The notes: a model not told the origin generated them from the letters alone. DNA of 64,000 bases from Gemmatimonadales bacterium (GCA_037189525.1 JBBCJC010000003.1:416001-480000); one strand, 5' to 3'. Positions 23,982 through 33,560 are shown, counted from the first letter of the stretch. Program-made: numbers and translations.

Positions 23982-23996
23982 GTCCGGGTTGGTTGG

Positions 23997-26900
23997 ATGG
24001 CGCGGTCCAGTGGAGAAATGCCGTTCCTCGATCATCTCGAGGAACTCCGATCGCGATTGCTCAAGGCGGTTCTCGCCCTGGTCATCGCGATCGGTATCGG
24101 CATATGGGTAGTCGACCATTTTCAGCTGGTCGACATCCTGCAGCGCCCCATCCTTCCCCTGCTCGAGGGACGCCATCTCGTCATTCAGAGCCCGACCGAG
24201 CAGTTCATGATCCTGCTCAAACTTGGCTTCATCGTCGGGCTGGTGCTCGCGTCTCCCGTCATCATCTGGCAAATCTGGGCCTTCCTGTCGCCGGCCCTCT
24301 ACTCGCGTGAAAAAAAGGCCATCGTTCCGGCCCTGTTCGTCGGCGTGGCGCTCTTCATCACCGGGGCCACCCTGAGCTTTATCTACATCGTGCCCCAGGC
24401 TCTGCGCGTGCTGCTCGGCATGGGGCCTGGCACCTTCGAGATGCTGATCACCTGGCGTTCCTACTTTGCCTTCGTGATGCAGGTGGTGCTGGCGATGGGG
24501 CTCTCGGCCGAGTTACCGCTGCTCATCATCATGCTGGCGGTGCTCGGCGTGGTCACACCGTCGATGCTGGGCCGGTTCCGGCGCTTTGCGATCGTGCTCT
24601 CCTTTGCCGGCGGGGCCATCCTGTCACCGGGTGGGGATGTCTTCTCGATGGTGCTGATGACGGCGCCGTTGATCGTGCTGTACGAGGTCGGCTATCTCGG
24701 AGCCTGGATCGTTCACAAGCGGCGGACCCGGGCGGCGGCCGCCGCGGCGTCGGCCGCGATGTTCGTCTGGTTCCTCCTGCCGGCGCCGTTGGAAGCGCAG
24801 CAACCGCCTCCACCTCCGCCCCGACAGGCCCAGGACACTACCCGGCGGCAGGCAGGCGACTCGGCCGCCGCCAAGCGCATGGGACTCCCGTCGGCGCCGA
24901 AGCGGTCGTTTCCGGCGGCGGATTCGCTGTTGCTCGACCTGCAGGAACTCGAGGGATACGAGATTACCCGGTACCGGGCGGACACGGCGCAGGTCAGCCC
25001 GCGGGACAAGGCGGTTCAGCTGGGCGGCAACGCGATGACCGAGCGCACCGACGCAGTGCTCGAGGCGGATCGCATCTTCTACCGCGAGGGCGATTGCCGT
25101 TTCGAGGCGCAGGGCGAGCCGCATCTCTTCCAGCAGGGTACCGTGGTGGTCGGTCGCACCGTGTTGTACAACACCTGTATCGAGCGCGGACTGGTACAGG
25201 ACGGCCGGACCAGCTTCCCGCAACAGGGAGCCAACTGGATCGTCAGCGGTCACATCGCGATGGACTCGACCGCCAGGCGCGTCTTTGCCAGCGCGCGCGA
25301 AATCACCAGCTGCGATCTGCCCGATTCGCACTATCACTTCCGATCCAAGGAACTGCGCTGGGTCGGAGGCTCGACCATGGTGGCGCGTCCAGCCGTGCTC
25401 TACATCCGCGATGTGCCGATTGCCTGGGTGCCGTTTCTCTTTCAGGACACCAAGCGGGGCCGTCGCTCGGGGATTCTGATTCCCGAACTCGGCTTCAACG
25501 ATATCGTGCGCCCGAGTCGCAACTACAACCGCACGGTGAAGAACCTCGGATACTATTGGGCGGCGAGCGAAAAGGTTGACCTACTCGCCCGCTTCGACTG
25601 GTACTCGAATCGGTACATCGAGTTCGGTGTCGAAGGGCAGTATCGCTGGATCGATCAGTTCATGCGCGGCGCGGTGAGCTTTTCCCGGGCGCAGGAAATC
25701 GGCGGCTCGACCAACACGCGTGTCGTCTGGAATCACAACCAGACCTTCAGTGTCACGACCAAACTGAACGTCAGTCTCGACTACTCGACCAACTCGTCGA
25801 TCATCCGGCGGAACTCGATCGATCCGCGGATGACCACCCAGCAGATCCGAAGTTCCGCCAACCTGAATCGCCAGTTCAGTTGGGGCAACATGGCACTCGG
25901 TGGTACCCGAACACAGAATGTCACGGACGGCAGCGGCCGGATGACGGCGCCCAGCCTAACGCTGTCGCCCAAGCCGATCGACTTCGGCTCGGCGGTAACC
26001 TGGTCGCCGGACATCAATTTCACCAACGACCTCGCCTTCAAGCAGCCGATGCCGTCGGTGCTCGTGCCGCGGGGACCCGGCGGAATCGTCGATACGCTGG
26101 CAGTAACCGGCGGGAGCCGATTGAGCCGGTTCAGTATGAACACGCCGCTCCGCATCGGCAGCTTTCAGTGGACCAACAGCGTCAGTCTGATCGACAGCGA
26201 CTCGACCGGGCTTCGTGAGGAACTGATCACGGTTCCGAATGAGAGTACAGAAGACCCGACCGACTCGGTCACCATCCGCCGGGTGCGCTCCGGTGGGTAC
26301 GGCAGCGAGTTCGATTGGAACACCGGGATCAACTTGCCGATTCTCTTCCGCACCTCGTGGAAGATCACGCCGACGCTGGGGATCACCAACACGACGTCTC
26401 AGGCGCCGTTCGCGGTGCGCAATGCGCGCACGGCGGGCGAGTACGTCCGCCAGGGCAAACGGTTCCAGTTCGGTCTGTCGGCCGCGCCGACGTTCTACGG
26501 ATTTTTCCCGGGCATCGGGCCGTTGGACCGAATTCGTCACACCGTGTCGCCGTCGATCAGCTACAACTATAGCCCGGCGGCGGACATCCCGATCGAGTTT
26601 GCCCGCGCCATCACGCCGGTCGGGCAGCCGCTGGTGCTGCGCAGCATCCCGACCCAGTCGATCAGCCTGACGCTGAACCAGAATTTCGAGGCCAAGACCA
26701 AGCGGCCGGCGGGTGACACGACCGATACGCGCGTCCGGAAGATCCGCCTGCTGAGCATCAGCACCAGCGGTCTCGCCTACGATCTCGAGAAGGCCAAGTT
26801 GCCGGGCCGGACCGGCTGGTCGTCGCCGACGCTGAGCAACTCGATCATGAGCGATCTGGTGCCGGGGCTCAACCTGTCGATGACGCACGATCTCTTTGCC

Positions 26901-27530
26901 GGGGCGTTCGATCCCGCGACGGGCCGGGTAGGGGCGTTCGACAGCAGCACCGCGCGATTCAGCCCGTATCTGTCGGGGGTGACCGCCAGCTTCTCGCTGA
27001 CCGACGGCACTTTCCGGTCGATCGGTCGCTTGCTTGGCTTGGTTTCGGACGACGATCCGCCGGAGCAGCAGCAGCGCCAGGCGTCCGTTCCCGGGGCGCC
27101 CACCACGGTGCCCGGGCAACCGCAGCAGCAGTTCGGCATGATGGATGACATGCGGCGGGGGACGGGCTTTACCAGCAACCAAAACTTCGTGCGCGGACAG
27201 CGGGGCTTCAACGCCAGCGTCAACTACACCTTGAACCGGACTCGTCCGATTCCGGGGGTGGCGGAGGTGCCGAGCCGCAGCAATCTGTCGCTCAACACGA
27301 GCTTTGCGCCGACGCAGTTCTGGCAGGTGAGTTGGAACACGCAGTACGACGTGACCAATCGGACCTTCGAGGCGCAGCAGGTCAATCTGACCCGCGATCT
27401 CCACGACTGGCGGGCCACCTTCTCGTTCCTCCGGTCGCCCAACGGGAACTTCTCGTTCTCGTTCCTGATCACCCTGATCGACCTGCCCGATCTCAAGTTC
27501 GACTACCGCCAGAGCTCGATTCAGCCCTGA
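23997..27530 (+). CDS. tatC: Fusion ORF: twin-arginine translocase TatC (aa ~1-243), internal signal-like linker, then LptD-like LPS-assembly beta-barrel (aa ~268-1177)
   Basis: TatC: MPFLDHLEELRSRL, WQIWAFLSPALYSREK, ELP, RRFAIV, SPGGD, LYEVG. LptD: ITSCDLPDSHY, PAVLYIRDVPIAWVP, RRSGILIP, LGYYWA, C-terminal RDLHDW...DLKFDY. One uninterrupted frame. Confidence 0.85.
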   Translation: MARSSGEMPFLDHLEELRSRLLKAVLALVIAIGIGIWVVDHFQLVDILQRPILPLLEGRHLVIQSPTEQFMILLKLGFIVGLVLASPVIIWQIWAFLSPALYSREKKAIVPALFVGVALFITGATLSFIYIVPQALRVLLGMGPGTFEMLITWRSYFAFVMQVVLAMGLSAELPLLIIMLAVLGVVTPSMLGRFRRFAIVLSFAGGAILSPGGDVFSMVLMTAPLIVLYEVGYLGAWIVHKRRTRAAAAAASAAMFVWFLLPAPLEAQQPPPPPPRQAQDTTRRQAGDSAAAKRMGLPSAPKRSFPAADSLLLDLQELEGYEITRYRADTAQVSPRDKAVQLGGNAMTERTDAVLEADRIFYREGDCRFEAQGEPHLFQQGTVVVGRTVLYNTCIERGLVQDGRTSFPQQGANWIVSGHIAMDSTARRVFASAREITSCDLPDSHYHFRSKELRWVGGSTMVARPAVLYIRDVPIAWVPFLFQDTKRGRRSGILIPELGFNDIVRPSRNYNRTVKNLGYYWAASEKVDLLARFDWYSNRYIEFGVEGQYRWIDQFMRGAVSFSRAQEIGGSTNTRVVWNHNQTFSVTTKLNVSLDYSTNSSIIRRNSIDPRMTTQQIRSSANLNRQFSWGNMALGGTRTQNVTDGSGRMTAPSLTLSPKPIDFGSAVTWSPDINFTNDLAFKQPMPSVLVPRGPGGIVDTLAVTGGSRLSRFSMNTPLRIGSFQWTNSVSLIDSDSTGLREELITVPNESTEDPTDSVTIRRVRSGGYGSEFDWNTGINLPILFRTSWKITPTLGITNTTSQAPFAVRNARTAGEYVRQGKRFQFGLSAAPTFYGFFPGIGPLDRIRHTVSPSISYNYSPAADIPIEFARAITPVGQPLVLRSIPTQSISLTLNQNFEAKTKRPAGDTTDTRVRKIRLLSISTSGLAYDLEKAKLPGRTGWSSPTLSNSIMSDLVPGLNLSMTHDLFAGAFDPATGRVGAFDSSTARFSPYLSGVTASFSLTDGTFRSIGRLLGLVSDDDPPEQQQRQASVPGAPTTVPGQPQQQFGMMDDMRRGTGFTSNQNFVRGQRGFNASVNYTLNRTRPIPGVAEVPSRSNLSLNTSFAPTQFWQVSWNTQYDVTNRTFEAQQVNLTRDLHDWRATFSFLRSPNGNFSFSFLITLIDLPDLKFDYRQSSIQP

Positions 27531-27648
27531 GCACTCGGGGCGGGGCGAGCGGACCGGCCGGCCGGGGTGGTCAAGTCCGGCCCGTTCCATGCCGATCGTG
27601 AAAGGGATCGACCGCCCCGGCTCCCGGACGGCTCGGATTGGCGGTGCC

Positions 27649-27678
27649 TTGCCCCGGTCCTTCCCGATGGCCTATCTT
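27649..27678 (+). promoter_or_regulatory. Putative sigma70 promoter TTGCCC-N18-TATCTT
   Basis: Hexamer pair 50 nt upstream of ATG 27729. Confidence 0.45.
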
Positions 27679-27728
27679 AAGCGCTGGCAAGGTGTTGCTT
27701 CGCTTGGTGCCCCTCACCCGCGAGCCGG

Positions 27729-29927
27729 ATGAATCTCGATAAGCTCAAAGAATCCGCGCGGAAGTACGAGCAAAACGGCCAGTGGCGCCAAGCCATTGAC
27801 GTTTACAAGAAGGCATTGCGCGAATTCGAAGAGTCGGGCGAGGGAGTCCTGGACCCGTCGCTGTACAATCGCATCGGCGATCTCGAGATGCGGGTCAACG
27901 ACACCAGCGCGGCCATCCGGGCCTACGAGCAGGCCTCCGATCTCTACACCGAGCAGGGTTTCTTCAACAACGCCATCGCGCTCTGCAGTAAGATCCTGCG
28001 TGTCAATCCGGGCCGCACCGCAACCTACCTCCGCCTGGCTCAGCTCAACGCCCGCAAGAACTTCGTCGGCGATGCGCGGAAGAATCTGACCGAATACATC
28101 GAACGGATGACGGCGCTGCATCACCCCGCTGAGGCCGTCGACGCCGTCAGGATCTTCGTCGGGCAGTGCGCCGAGAATCCTGATATCCGGGCCATGCTGG
28201 TGGAGTTGCTGCGAGGCGGCTCGTTCGATCCGTCGATGCGGGAGCCGTTCGACCAGCTGATTCGTGAGCTGGAACGCCAGGACACCCCGGACGAGGACGA
28301 CGCGGGCGACGGAGAGGTCGCGGTCGACACCGATGCCGCGCGCCGCGTGGACGCCGCCTCCGGGCTGGTCTTTCTGGATCTGGAGGGCGGCCAGGCACGG
28401 GACACGGGCTACGTCAGTCCGGTCGAGGGACTCGAAGTCATCCACCAGGAGCAGGAGCCCGAAGAGCCCTGGCGCCAGGATACCGACCGCGTCGACGGCT
28501 TCGAGTACACCGGTCTCGACCCGGTTGATACCGAGATCGGGGCTTCGGTCGAGTTCGTGACCGAATCGGCCTTCGAGGTGGGTGAGCCGCTCGATCTCGA
28601 AGGGGAGGACGCCGACCCGCTCGATATCGATTCGTATCCGAGCGTCGAGCTGGACGAGGCATTGGCCGCAGCCAGCGGGGATTCCGAGGTGGAGTCCCTC
28701 GACGAAATCGCCCTCACTCCGACCGCCGGACTCGAGGTGCTCGAGCCGATCGATCTGGAGACGACTCCCGAGGTCGAGTTGCCGCTCGAAGAGGGCGAGG
28801 CGCTGGCGGTCGAGGTGGATCTGGACCTCGACACCGACGAACCGCCGGAAGCAGCCGGCGACCTCGTCTTTCTGGTCGAGAGCGACGACGTGGCAGCGCC
28901 AGCTGCGCAGGAGACGTCGCGGACGGATGGGCTGTCGTTCATCTCGGATGAAGTCGATGAGCCAGAGGCCGAAGCGGAGGCCGAACCGGCTCGGGATCTG
29001 GCGCAATTTGCCGAGGAGCAGGCCCGGGTCTTGTTGACGGTCGGCGACCGTACGGCTGGCATGGCGGCGCTCGACGAAGCGCTCCGCCAGTACGAGGGAT
29101 CGGCGCGGCTGGCCGAAGCGCTCCGGGTGGCCGATGAGTTGATCCGGTTCGAACCGGATGCGATCTATCGTTACCAGAAGCGGGTCGAGATCGCCTACCG
29201 GGCGGGAGACCGCGGCGCCATGCTCGATTCGTATCTGGGCCTGGCCGATGCGCTGGCGCGGAGCGGGGGGCTCGAGCACGCGGTCACCGTCTATCGCCGG
29301 GTGCTCGAACACGATGCCGACAACGTGACGGCGCGCACGGCGCTGATCCGCCTGGAAGCTGCGCTGGCGCCTCCACCGCCGCCGCCTCCGCCCGCCGCAT
29401 CGTTCGTCGATCTGGGCAGCCTGATCCTCGATGAGCCGGCGGTTCGGGACACCCGGATGCGGGTCGACCAGGGCGCGCCGATCGAGAACGAGGACGAGGC
29501 GTTTCACGAGGCGCTGGCCCAGTTCAAGCGCGGTATCGACGAGAACATCGACGCCGAGGACTTCCAGGCGCACTATGACCTGGGCATTGCCTTCAAGGAA
29601 ATGGGGCTGCTCGACGAGGCGATTGCGCAGTTCCAGAAGGCGCTGCGGTCGCCGGATGGCCGCCTCAAGACCTCGGAACAGCTGGGCATTGCCTTCTACG
29701 ACAAATCGCGCTTCGCGATCGCCGAAGCCGTGCTGCGCAGGGCCATCGAGAGCCTGCCGGGCGGCGACGAGGAAAAGATCGGTTCGATCTACTGGCTCGC
29801 GCGGTCACTCGAGGCGCAGCGGCGTTTCGAAGAAGCGCTCCGATTCTATGAACGGGTCCTGGCCGTCGACATCCGCTTCCTGGATGTGGGTGACCGGGTC
29901 CACCGCCTGACTTCGGGCGCCTCATGA
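27729..29927 (+). CDS. TPR protein with long acidic linker and C-terminal TPR cluster
   Basis: N-terminal TPRs, D/E-rich middle, C-terminal AHYDLGIAFKEMGLLDEAIAQFQKA and following TPRs. Confidence 0.8.
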   Translation: MNLDKLKESARKYEQNGQWRQAIDVYKKALREFEESGEGVLDPSLYNRIGDLEMRVNDTSAAIRAYEQASDLYTEQGFFNNAIALCSKILRVNPGRTATYLRLAQLNARKNFVGDARKNLTEYIERMTALHHPAEAVDAVRIFVGQCAENPDIRAMLVELLRGGSFDPSMREPFDQLIRELERQDTPDEDDAGDGEVAVDTDAARRVDAASGLVFLDLEGGQARDTGYVSPVEGLEVIHQEQEPEEPWRQDTDRVDGFEYTGLDPVDTEIGASVEFVTESAFEVGEPLDLEGEDADPLDIDSYPSVELDEALAAASGDSEVESLDEIALTPTAGLEVLEPIDLETTPEVELPLEEGEALAVEVDLDLDTDEPPEAAGDLVFLVESDDVAAPAAQETSRTDGLSFISDEVDEPEAEAEAEPARDLAQFAEEQARVLLTVGDRTAGMAALDEALRQYEGSARLAEALRVADELIRFEPDAIYRYQKRVEIAYRAGDRGAMLDSYLGLADALARSGGLEHAVTVYRRVLEHDADNVTARTALIRLEAALAPPPPPPPPAASFVDLGSLILDEPAVRDTRMRVDQGAPIENEDEAFHEALAQFKRGIDENIDAEDFQAHYDLGIAFKEMGLLDEAIAQFQKALRSPDGRLKTSEQLGIAFYDKSRFAIAEAVLRRAIESLPGGDEEKIGSIYWLARSLEAQRRFEEALRFYERVLAVDIRFLDVGDRVHRLTSGAS

Positions 29928-30916
29928 CGACTTTCGATACGACGCCTGTTTCGCTTGCCGACCTCCAGGCCGGGCTCGACGAGCCGCTGGCTGCGGTGCG
30001 GGAACAGATTCGCCAGACCATTGCTGCCGACTTCGCCCTGATTGCCGACGTCAATTCGCACTTGCTGCGGATGCAGGGCAAGATGTTTCGTCCAACGTTG
30101 CTCTTGCTCGTCAACCGCGCCTCGGGGGCGCCGGACGAGCGCGCGGTCCGGCTGGCTGCCGTGCTGGAACTGACCCACCTCGCGACGCTGATCCACGACG
30201 ATTCGGTCGATCACTCGGTGCTTCGGCGCGGCATGCCGACGATCAACTCGATCTTCAGCCACCAGGTGTCGGTCATCATGGGAGACTATCTCTACTCCCG
30301 CGCCATGATCGAGCTCGTCAATCTGGGGGATCTCAAGCCGCTCGAAGTGATGAGCCGCGTCACCAACGAGATGACGATCGGCGAGATGCGCCAGCTGCTG
30401 GCCCATGATCCACTGACCTTCAGCGAAGACGACTACGACCTCCTGATTCGCGCCAAGACCGCGTCGTTGATTTCGGGCGCGTGCGAATGCGGGGCGCTCC
30501 GGGCGTCCCCGGAGGTGCGAGCCGCAATGGCGCGGTTCGGTAACGCCCTGGGCATGGCTTTTCAGATCATCGACGACGTGATCGATGTTACGGAAGTCGA
30601 GTCGGTCACCGGCAAGCCCACGGGGCACGACCTTCGGGAGCACAAAGTCACCTTGCCGCTGATCTACGCACTGCCACGTCTCTCTCCCCAACAGCGAAAC
30701 GACGTCAACGTCCTGATGGCCACACCCGAACCGACGGCGGAGCAGGTGTCCGGCGTGGTGGCCCACATTACCGCCGCAGGCGGGATCGAGTACGCCCGGT
30801 CCCGGGCCCAGTCGCTGGCCTCGGATGCGCTGCGGGAGCTCGACTCGTTGCCGTCGGGCTCCGACCGCGAGCGGCTGGAGGCAGCCGTGGCCTTTGTGAC
30901 GGAGCGTCGGAGGTAA
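29924..30916 (+). CDS. Polyprenyl diphosphate synthase (IspB/HepT-like)
   Basis: GKMFRP, LIHDDSVD...RRG, GDYL, KTASL, FQIIDDVID, TGKPTGHDLREHKVTLP. Confidence 0.93.
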   Translation: MTTFDTTPVSLADLQAGLDEPLAAVREQIRQTIAADFALIADVNSHLLRMQGKMFRPTLLLLVNRASGAPDERAVRLAAVLELTHLATLIHDDSVDHSVLRRGMPTINSIFSHQVSVIMGDYLYSRAMIELVNLGDLKPLEVMSRVTNEMTIGEMRQLLAHDPLTFSEDDYDLLIRAKTASLISGACECGALRASPEVRAAMARFGNALGMAFQIIDDVIDVTEVESVTGKPTGHDLREHKVTLPLIYALPRLSPQQRNDVNVLMATPEPTAEQVSGVVAHITAAGGIEYARSRAQSLASDALRELDSLPSGSDRERLEAAVAFVTERRR

Positions 30917-30918
30917 TC

Positions 30919-31203
30919 ATGGCAGGAGGAGGTGCGCGCGGCCCCCGTCGGCCCAGATTCTACGCTGCGGTACTCACCACCGGGTTCATGCTGGGTGGAT
31001 TCCTGCAGGGTTTTCTGTCGAAGTTCCTGCCCGACAGCCCCGCCAAGGACGTCTTTACCAGCGCGTGGCGTGGCGAATTCGGACCTGTCAAAGTAGATCT
31101 CATGGTTGTAGACTTTACCCTGGGACCGCTCGGCGTCGAGGTATCCGTGCTGAGTCTGTTCGGGGTCCTGATCGCGTACATGATTGCGCGATCGCTCTTT
31201 TAG
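30919..31203 (+). CDS. Small membrane protein (DUF4321-like)
   Basis: Two hydrophobic segments around a [11 protein letters not shown] hairpin; GGAGG RBS. Confidence 0.6.
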   Translation: MAGGGARGPRRPRFYAAVLTTGFMLGGFLQGFLSKFLPDSPAKDVFTSAWRGEFGPVKVDLMVVDFTLGPLGVEVSVLSLFGVLIAYMIARSLF

Positions 31204-31216
31204 TAGGAGCCCTGGT

Positions 31217-31471
31217 ATGATCGGGAATCTGGGTTTTGGCGAGATTCTGGTCCTCGCCGTCATCGTACTGCTCGTGTTCGGCGCGAAGCGCCTGCCGGAA
31301 ATTGGCCAGTCGCTCGGCAAGGGTATTCGGGAGTTCAAGAAGAGCTTCTCGGAAATCGGCGACAACGTGACCAGCGGTCTGAACGAGCCGCCGTCATCCA
31401 ATGCGCGCCAGATCGACTCGGCGCACTCCCAGGCCCCCACTTCGAGCGAGCCGAAGCGGCTGTCGCAGTAA
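31217..31471 (+). CDS. tatA: Twin-arginine translocase TatA/TatE
   Basis: [42 protein letters not shown]. Confidence 0.93.
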   Translation: MIGNLGFGEILVLAVIVLLVFGAKRLPEIGQSLGKGIREFKKSFSEIGDNVTSGLNEPPSSNARQIDSAHSQAPTSSEPKRLSQ

Positions 31472-31548
31472 GAGCCCCGAAGGCGGCGCATTGAGCGCTG
31501 ATTCGAGGAGTTGCTGATTCCAGGAGTTGGAGGGGCAGGGCGGAAACG

Positions 31549-31585
31549 AACGGGGCGACCATCGCTGGTCGCCCCGTTGTGTTTT
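31549..31585. terminator. Probable bidirectional intrinsic terminator between convergent tatA and the SurA/PpiD-like gene
   Basis: 13-bp perfect stem AACGGGGCGACCA-tcgc-TGGTCGCCCCGTT with A-rich and T-rich flanks. Confidence 0.75.
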
Positions 31586-31602
31586 CCGGACTGGCCGGTC
31601 GA

Positions 31603-33465
31603 CTACTGCATCGTCGGGAGCGCCGCCGTCGCAGCGGCCTGCTGGGCCGCCGTGCGGTAGATCTCGCCCCGGCGATCGACGATCTTGGCCGAGCTGCGCA
31701 AGGAGGCCAGGTACGACTGGACTCGGCTCCGCTGGGCCGCCTGGAGGGCCTGCTGGCGGATCACGGCCAGGTTCGACGCGAAGTCGGCCGAGTCGGCCGG
31801 GAACCGCTCGATGCCCTCGAGCAGGTACACGGCATGGTCACCCGACACCGAGTCGCCCTGGGTCGGACGGCTCAGCTGTCCCGGCTGGAGCGCGAACGCC
31901 GCCCCGATCAGGCTCGGTGAGCCGAGCGGGGCCGTGAGCCGGGCAAAGGGGCCCAATTCCTGATACTGGAGCCCGAGGGTGGCGGCCGCTGCGCTCAGCT
32001 TGGCTCCCCCGGAAACCTGCTGCGCAAGGCGCTCGGCCATCTGCTTGGCCTCGGTGACCTGCCGGCTGGTCCGGATGGCCGCTTCGACCTCGGCGCGCAC
32101 CGCCGTGAGCGGAGGGAGCCCTTCGCGGCGGAGGCTGTCCAGACGGAACAGGAAGAACGCCGAGGGCGACTCGATGACCTGGCTGTGCTCGCCCGGCTTG
32201 GCCTGGAAGGCCCAGACGCCGGCATCGGGAACCTGGCCGGCTTCCGGAACCACGACCCGGACGCCTTCGGCCACCGGACCGACCTGGCGCACCGTCAACT
32301 TGAGCGCGGCGGCAGCGGTGTCGAGCGCCGCGACCTCGAACTGCTCGGCCGCGAGGGTCTCGAGCGAGTCGGCAATGGCGTCCATCTGATCGCGGTGGTC
32401 GCCCACGATCTCGATCGGGATCAGGATGTGCCGAGCCTTGAAGCTGTTCCCCGAGCGGCTCTCGACCCGAATGATGTGATAGCCGAAAGGGCTCAACACC
32501 GGCTCCGAGAGCGTGTTGAGGGGCAGCGACATGGCGACGTTGCCGAACTCGGGCACCACCGAGTTCCGGTCCATCTCGCCCAGATCGCCGCCGCGGCGGG
32601 CGCTGACGCTGTCGGCCGATTCGCGGGCGGCCACTTCGTCGAAGCTGGTGCCGGACACGACCTCGGCGCGCACGGAGTTGGCGCGGGCGCGGGCGGCGGC
32701 GGTATCGGCCGCATTGGCCAGCCGCGGCACGTAGACGTAGCTCAGGAACGCGCCCTTGGTGCGGCGGAACTGTTCCTTGTGAGCGTTGTAGTACTCGGCG
32801 GCCTCGGCGTCGGAAATCGGCGTGGCGGGCGCGGAGACCGCGCTGCCCGGGTCGATCCGGACCAGGCCGACCCGAACCCGTTCCCGCTCGTCACGATAGC
32901 GCTCCCAGAGCGCCGCATCGGAAACGAAGACGTCGGCCACCACGGAGCGGAACAGCTTAGCCTGGAGCAGCTGTTCCCGGTACTGCGCTTCCAGAACCGG
33001 GATGTACTGCTGGCCTTCGGCCGACGCCAGCCAGCGCTGATACTTTTCGAGGTCGAACTGGCCGTTGGTCTGGAAGGTCGGGACCTGCTGCAGATCAGGC
33101 AGCGGCATGTTGCGGATGGCATCGACGATTTCCGCGTCGGAGACCCGCAGCCCGCGACGCTCGTATTCCTTCCGGAGCAGGATCGTCTGGACCGTCTGGT
33201 CCCAGACCTGATCGCGAACGGTGTGCATCTGATCGAGGCCCAGGGTAATGCCGCGCTGCTGATACTCCGCGCTGGCATTCTGGACCTGCTGATCGAAGAC
33301 GCGGATGTCGATGGACTCACCGTTCACCTTGCCGACGGAGCGGGAGGTGAAGATGTTGCCGGTGCCGCTGCCGAGCCCGCTCAAGTCCCACACGAGCCAG
33401 ATGAGGAAGGTGACGGCCACGAGGACCATGACCGGCTTTGCCGCATTTCTGAACGCTTGCATCAT
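31603..33465 (-). CDS. Membrane-anchored parvulin-type PPIase chaperone (PpiD/SurA family)
   Basis: N-terminal TM, VGKVNGESI, SurA-N-like helices, rotamase FDEVAARESAD..SARRGGDLG...PVLSPFGYHII, ARHILI. Confidence 0.88.
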   Translation of the reverse strand: MMQAFRNAAKPVMVLVAVTFLIWLVWDLSGLGSGTGNIFTSRSVGKVNGESIDIRVFDQQVQNASAEYQQRGITLGLDQMHTVRDQVWDQTVQTILLRKEYERRGLRVSDAEIVDAIRNMPLPDLQQVPTFQTNGQFDLEKYQRWLASAEGQQYIPVLEAQYREQLLQAKLFRSVVADVFVSDAALWERYRDERERVRVGLVRIDPGSAVSAPATPISDAEAAEYYNAHKEQFRRTKGAFLSYVYVPRLANAADTAAARARANSVRAEVVSGTSFDEVAARESADSVSARRGGDLGEMDRNSVVPEFGNVAMSLPLNTLSEPVLSPFGYHIIRVESRSGNSFKARHILIPIEIVGDHRDQMDAIADSLETLAAEQFEVAALDTAAAALKLTVRQVGPVAEGVRVVVPEAGQVPDAGVWAFQAKPGEHSQVIESPSAFFLFRLDSLRREGLPPLTAVRAEVEAAIRTSRQVTEAKQMAERLAQQVSGGAKLSAAAATLGLQYQELGPFARLTAPLGSPSLIGAAFALQPGQLSRPTQGDSVSGDHAVYLLEGIERFPADSADFASNLAVIRQQALQAAQRSRVQSYLASLRSSAKIVDRRGEIYRTAAQQAAATAALPTMQ

Positions 33466-33510
33466 ACGCGGGCGATATGCTCCGAGGGACCAGTCTAGGG
33501 GAAGGGGATA

Positions 33511-33539
33511 AACGTAACGAGGGAACGGGGCTTGCTCAA
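33511..33539 (-). promoter_or_regulatory. Putative sigma70 promoter for the PpiD-like gene: TTGAGC-N17-TACGTT
   Basis: Hexamers with 17-nt spacer on the minus strand, 45 nt upstream of the ATG. Confidence 0.5.
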
Positions 33540-33560
33540 GCGACGGGAGGGGGCAGCCGA

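Noticed and set aside
24717..24797. KRR in the TatC-LptD linker as a true twin-arginine (Tat) signal
   Set aside because: Lacks the S/T-R-R-x-F-L-K consensus, basic residues are normal after TatC TM6, and beta-barrels are Sec substrates; treated as a Sec-type signal
24759..24797. Internal ATG (MFVWFLLPAPLEA) as an independent lptD start
   Set aside because: No SD upstream, and the resulting 13-aa leader has no basic n-region and is too short for a signal peptide; not fully excluded without Ribo-seq
27531..27728. Possible ncRNA in the 200-nt gap after tatC-lptD
   Set aside because: Only GC-rich imperfect hairpins and a promoter-like pair; no recognisable RNA family
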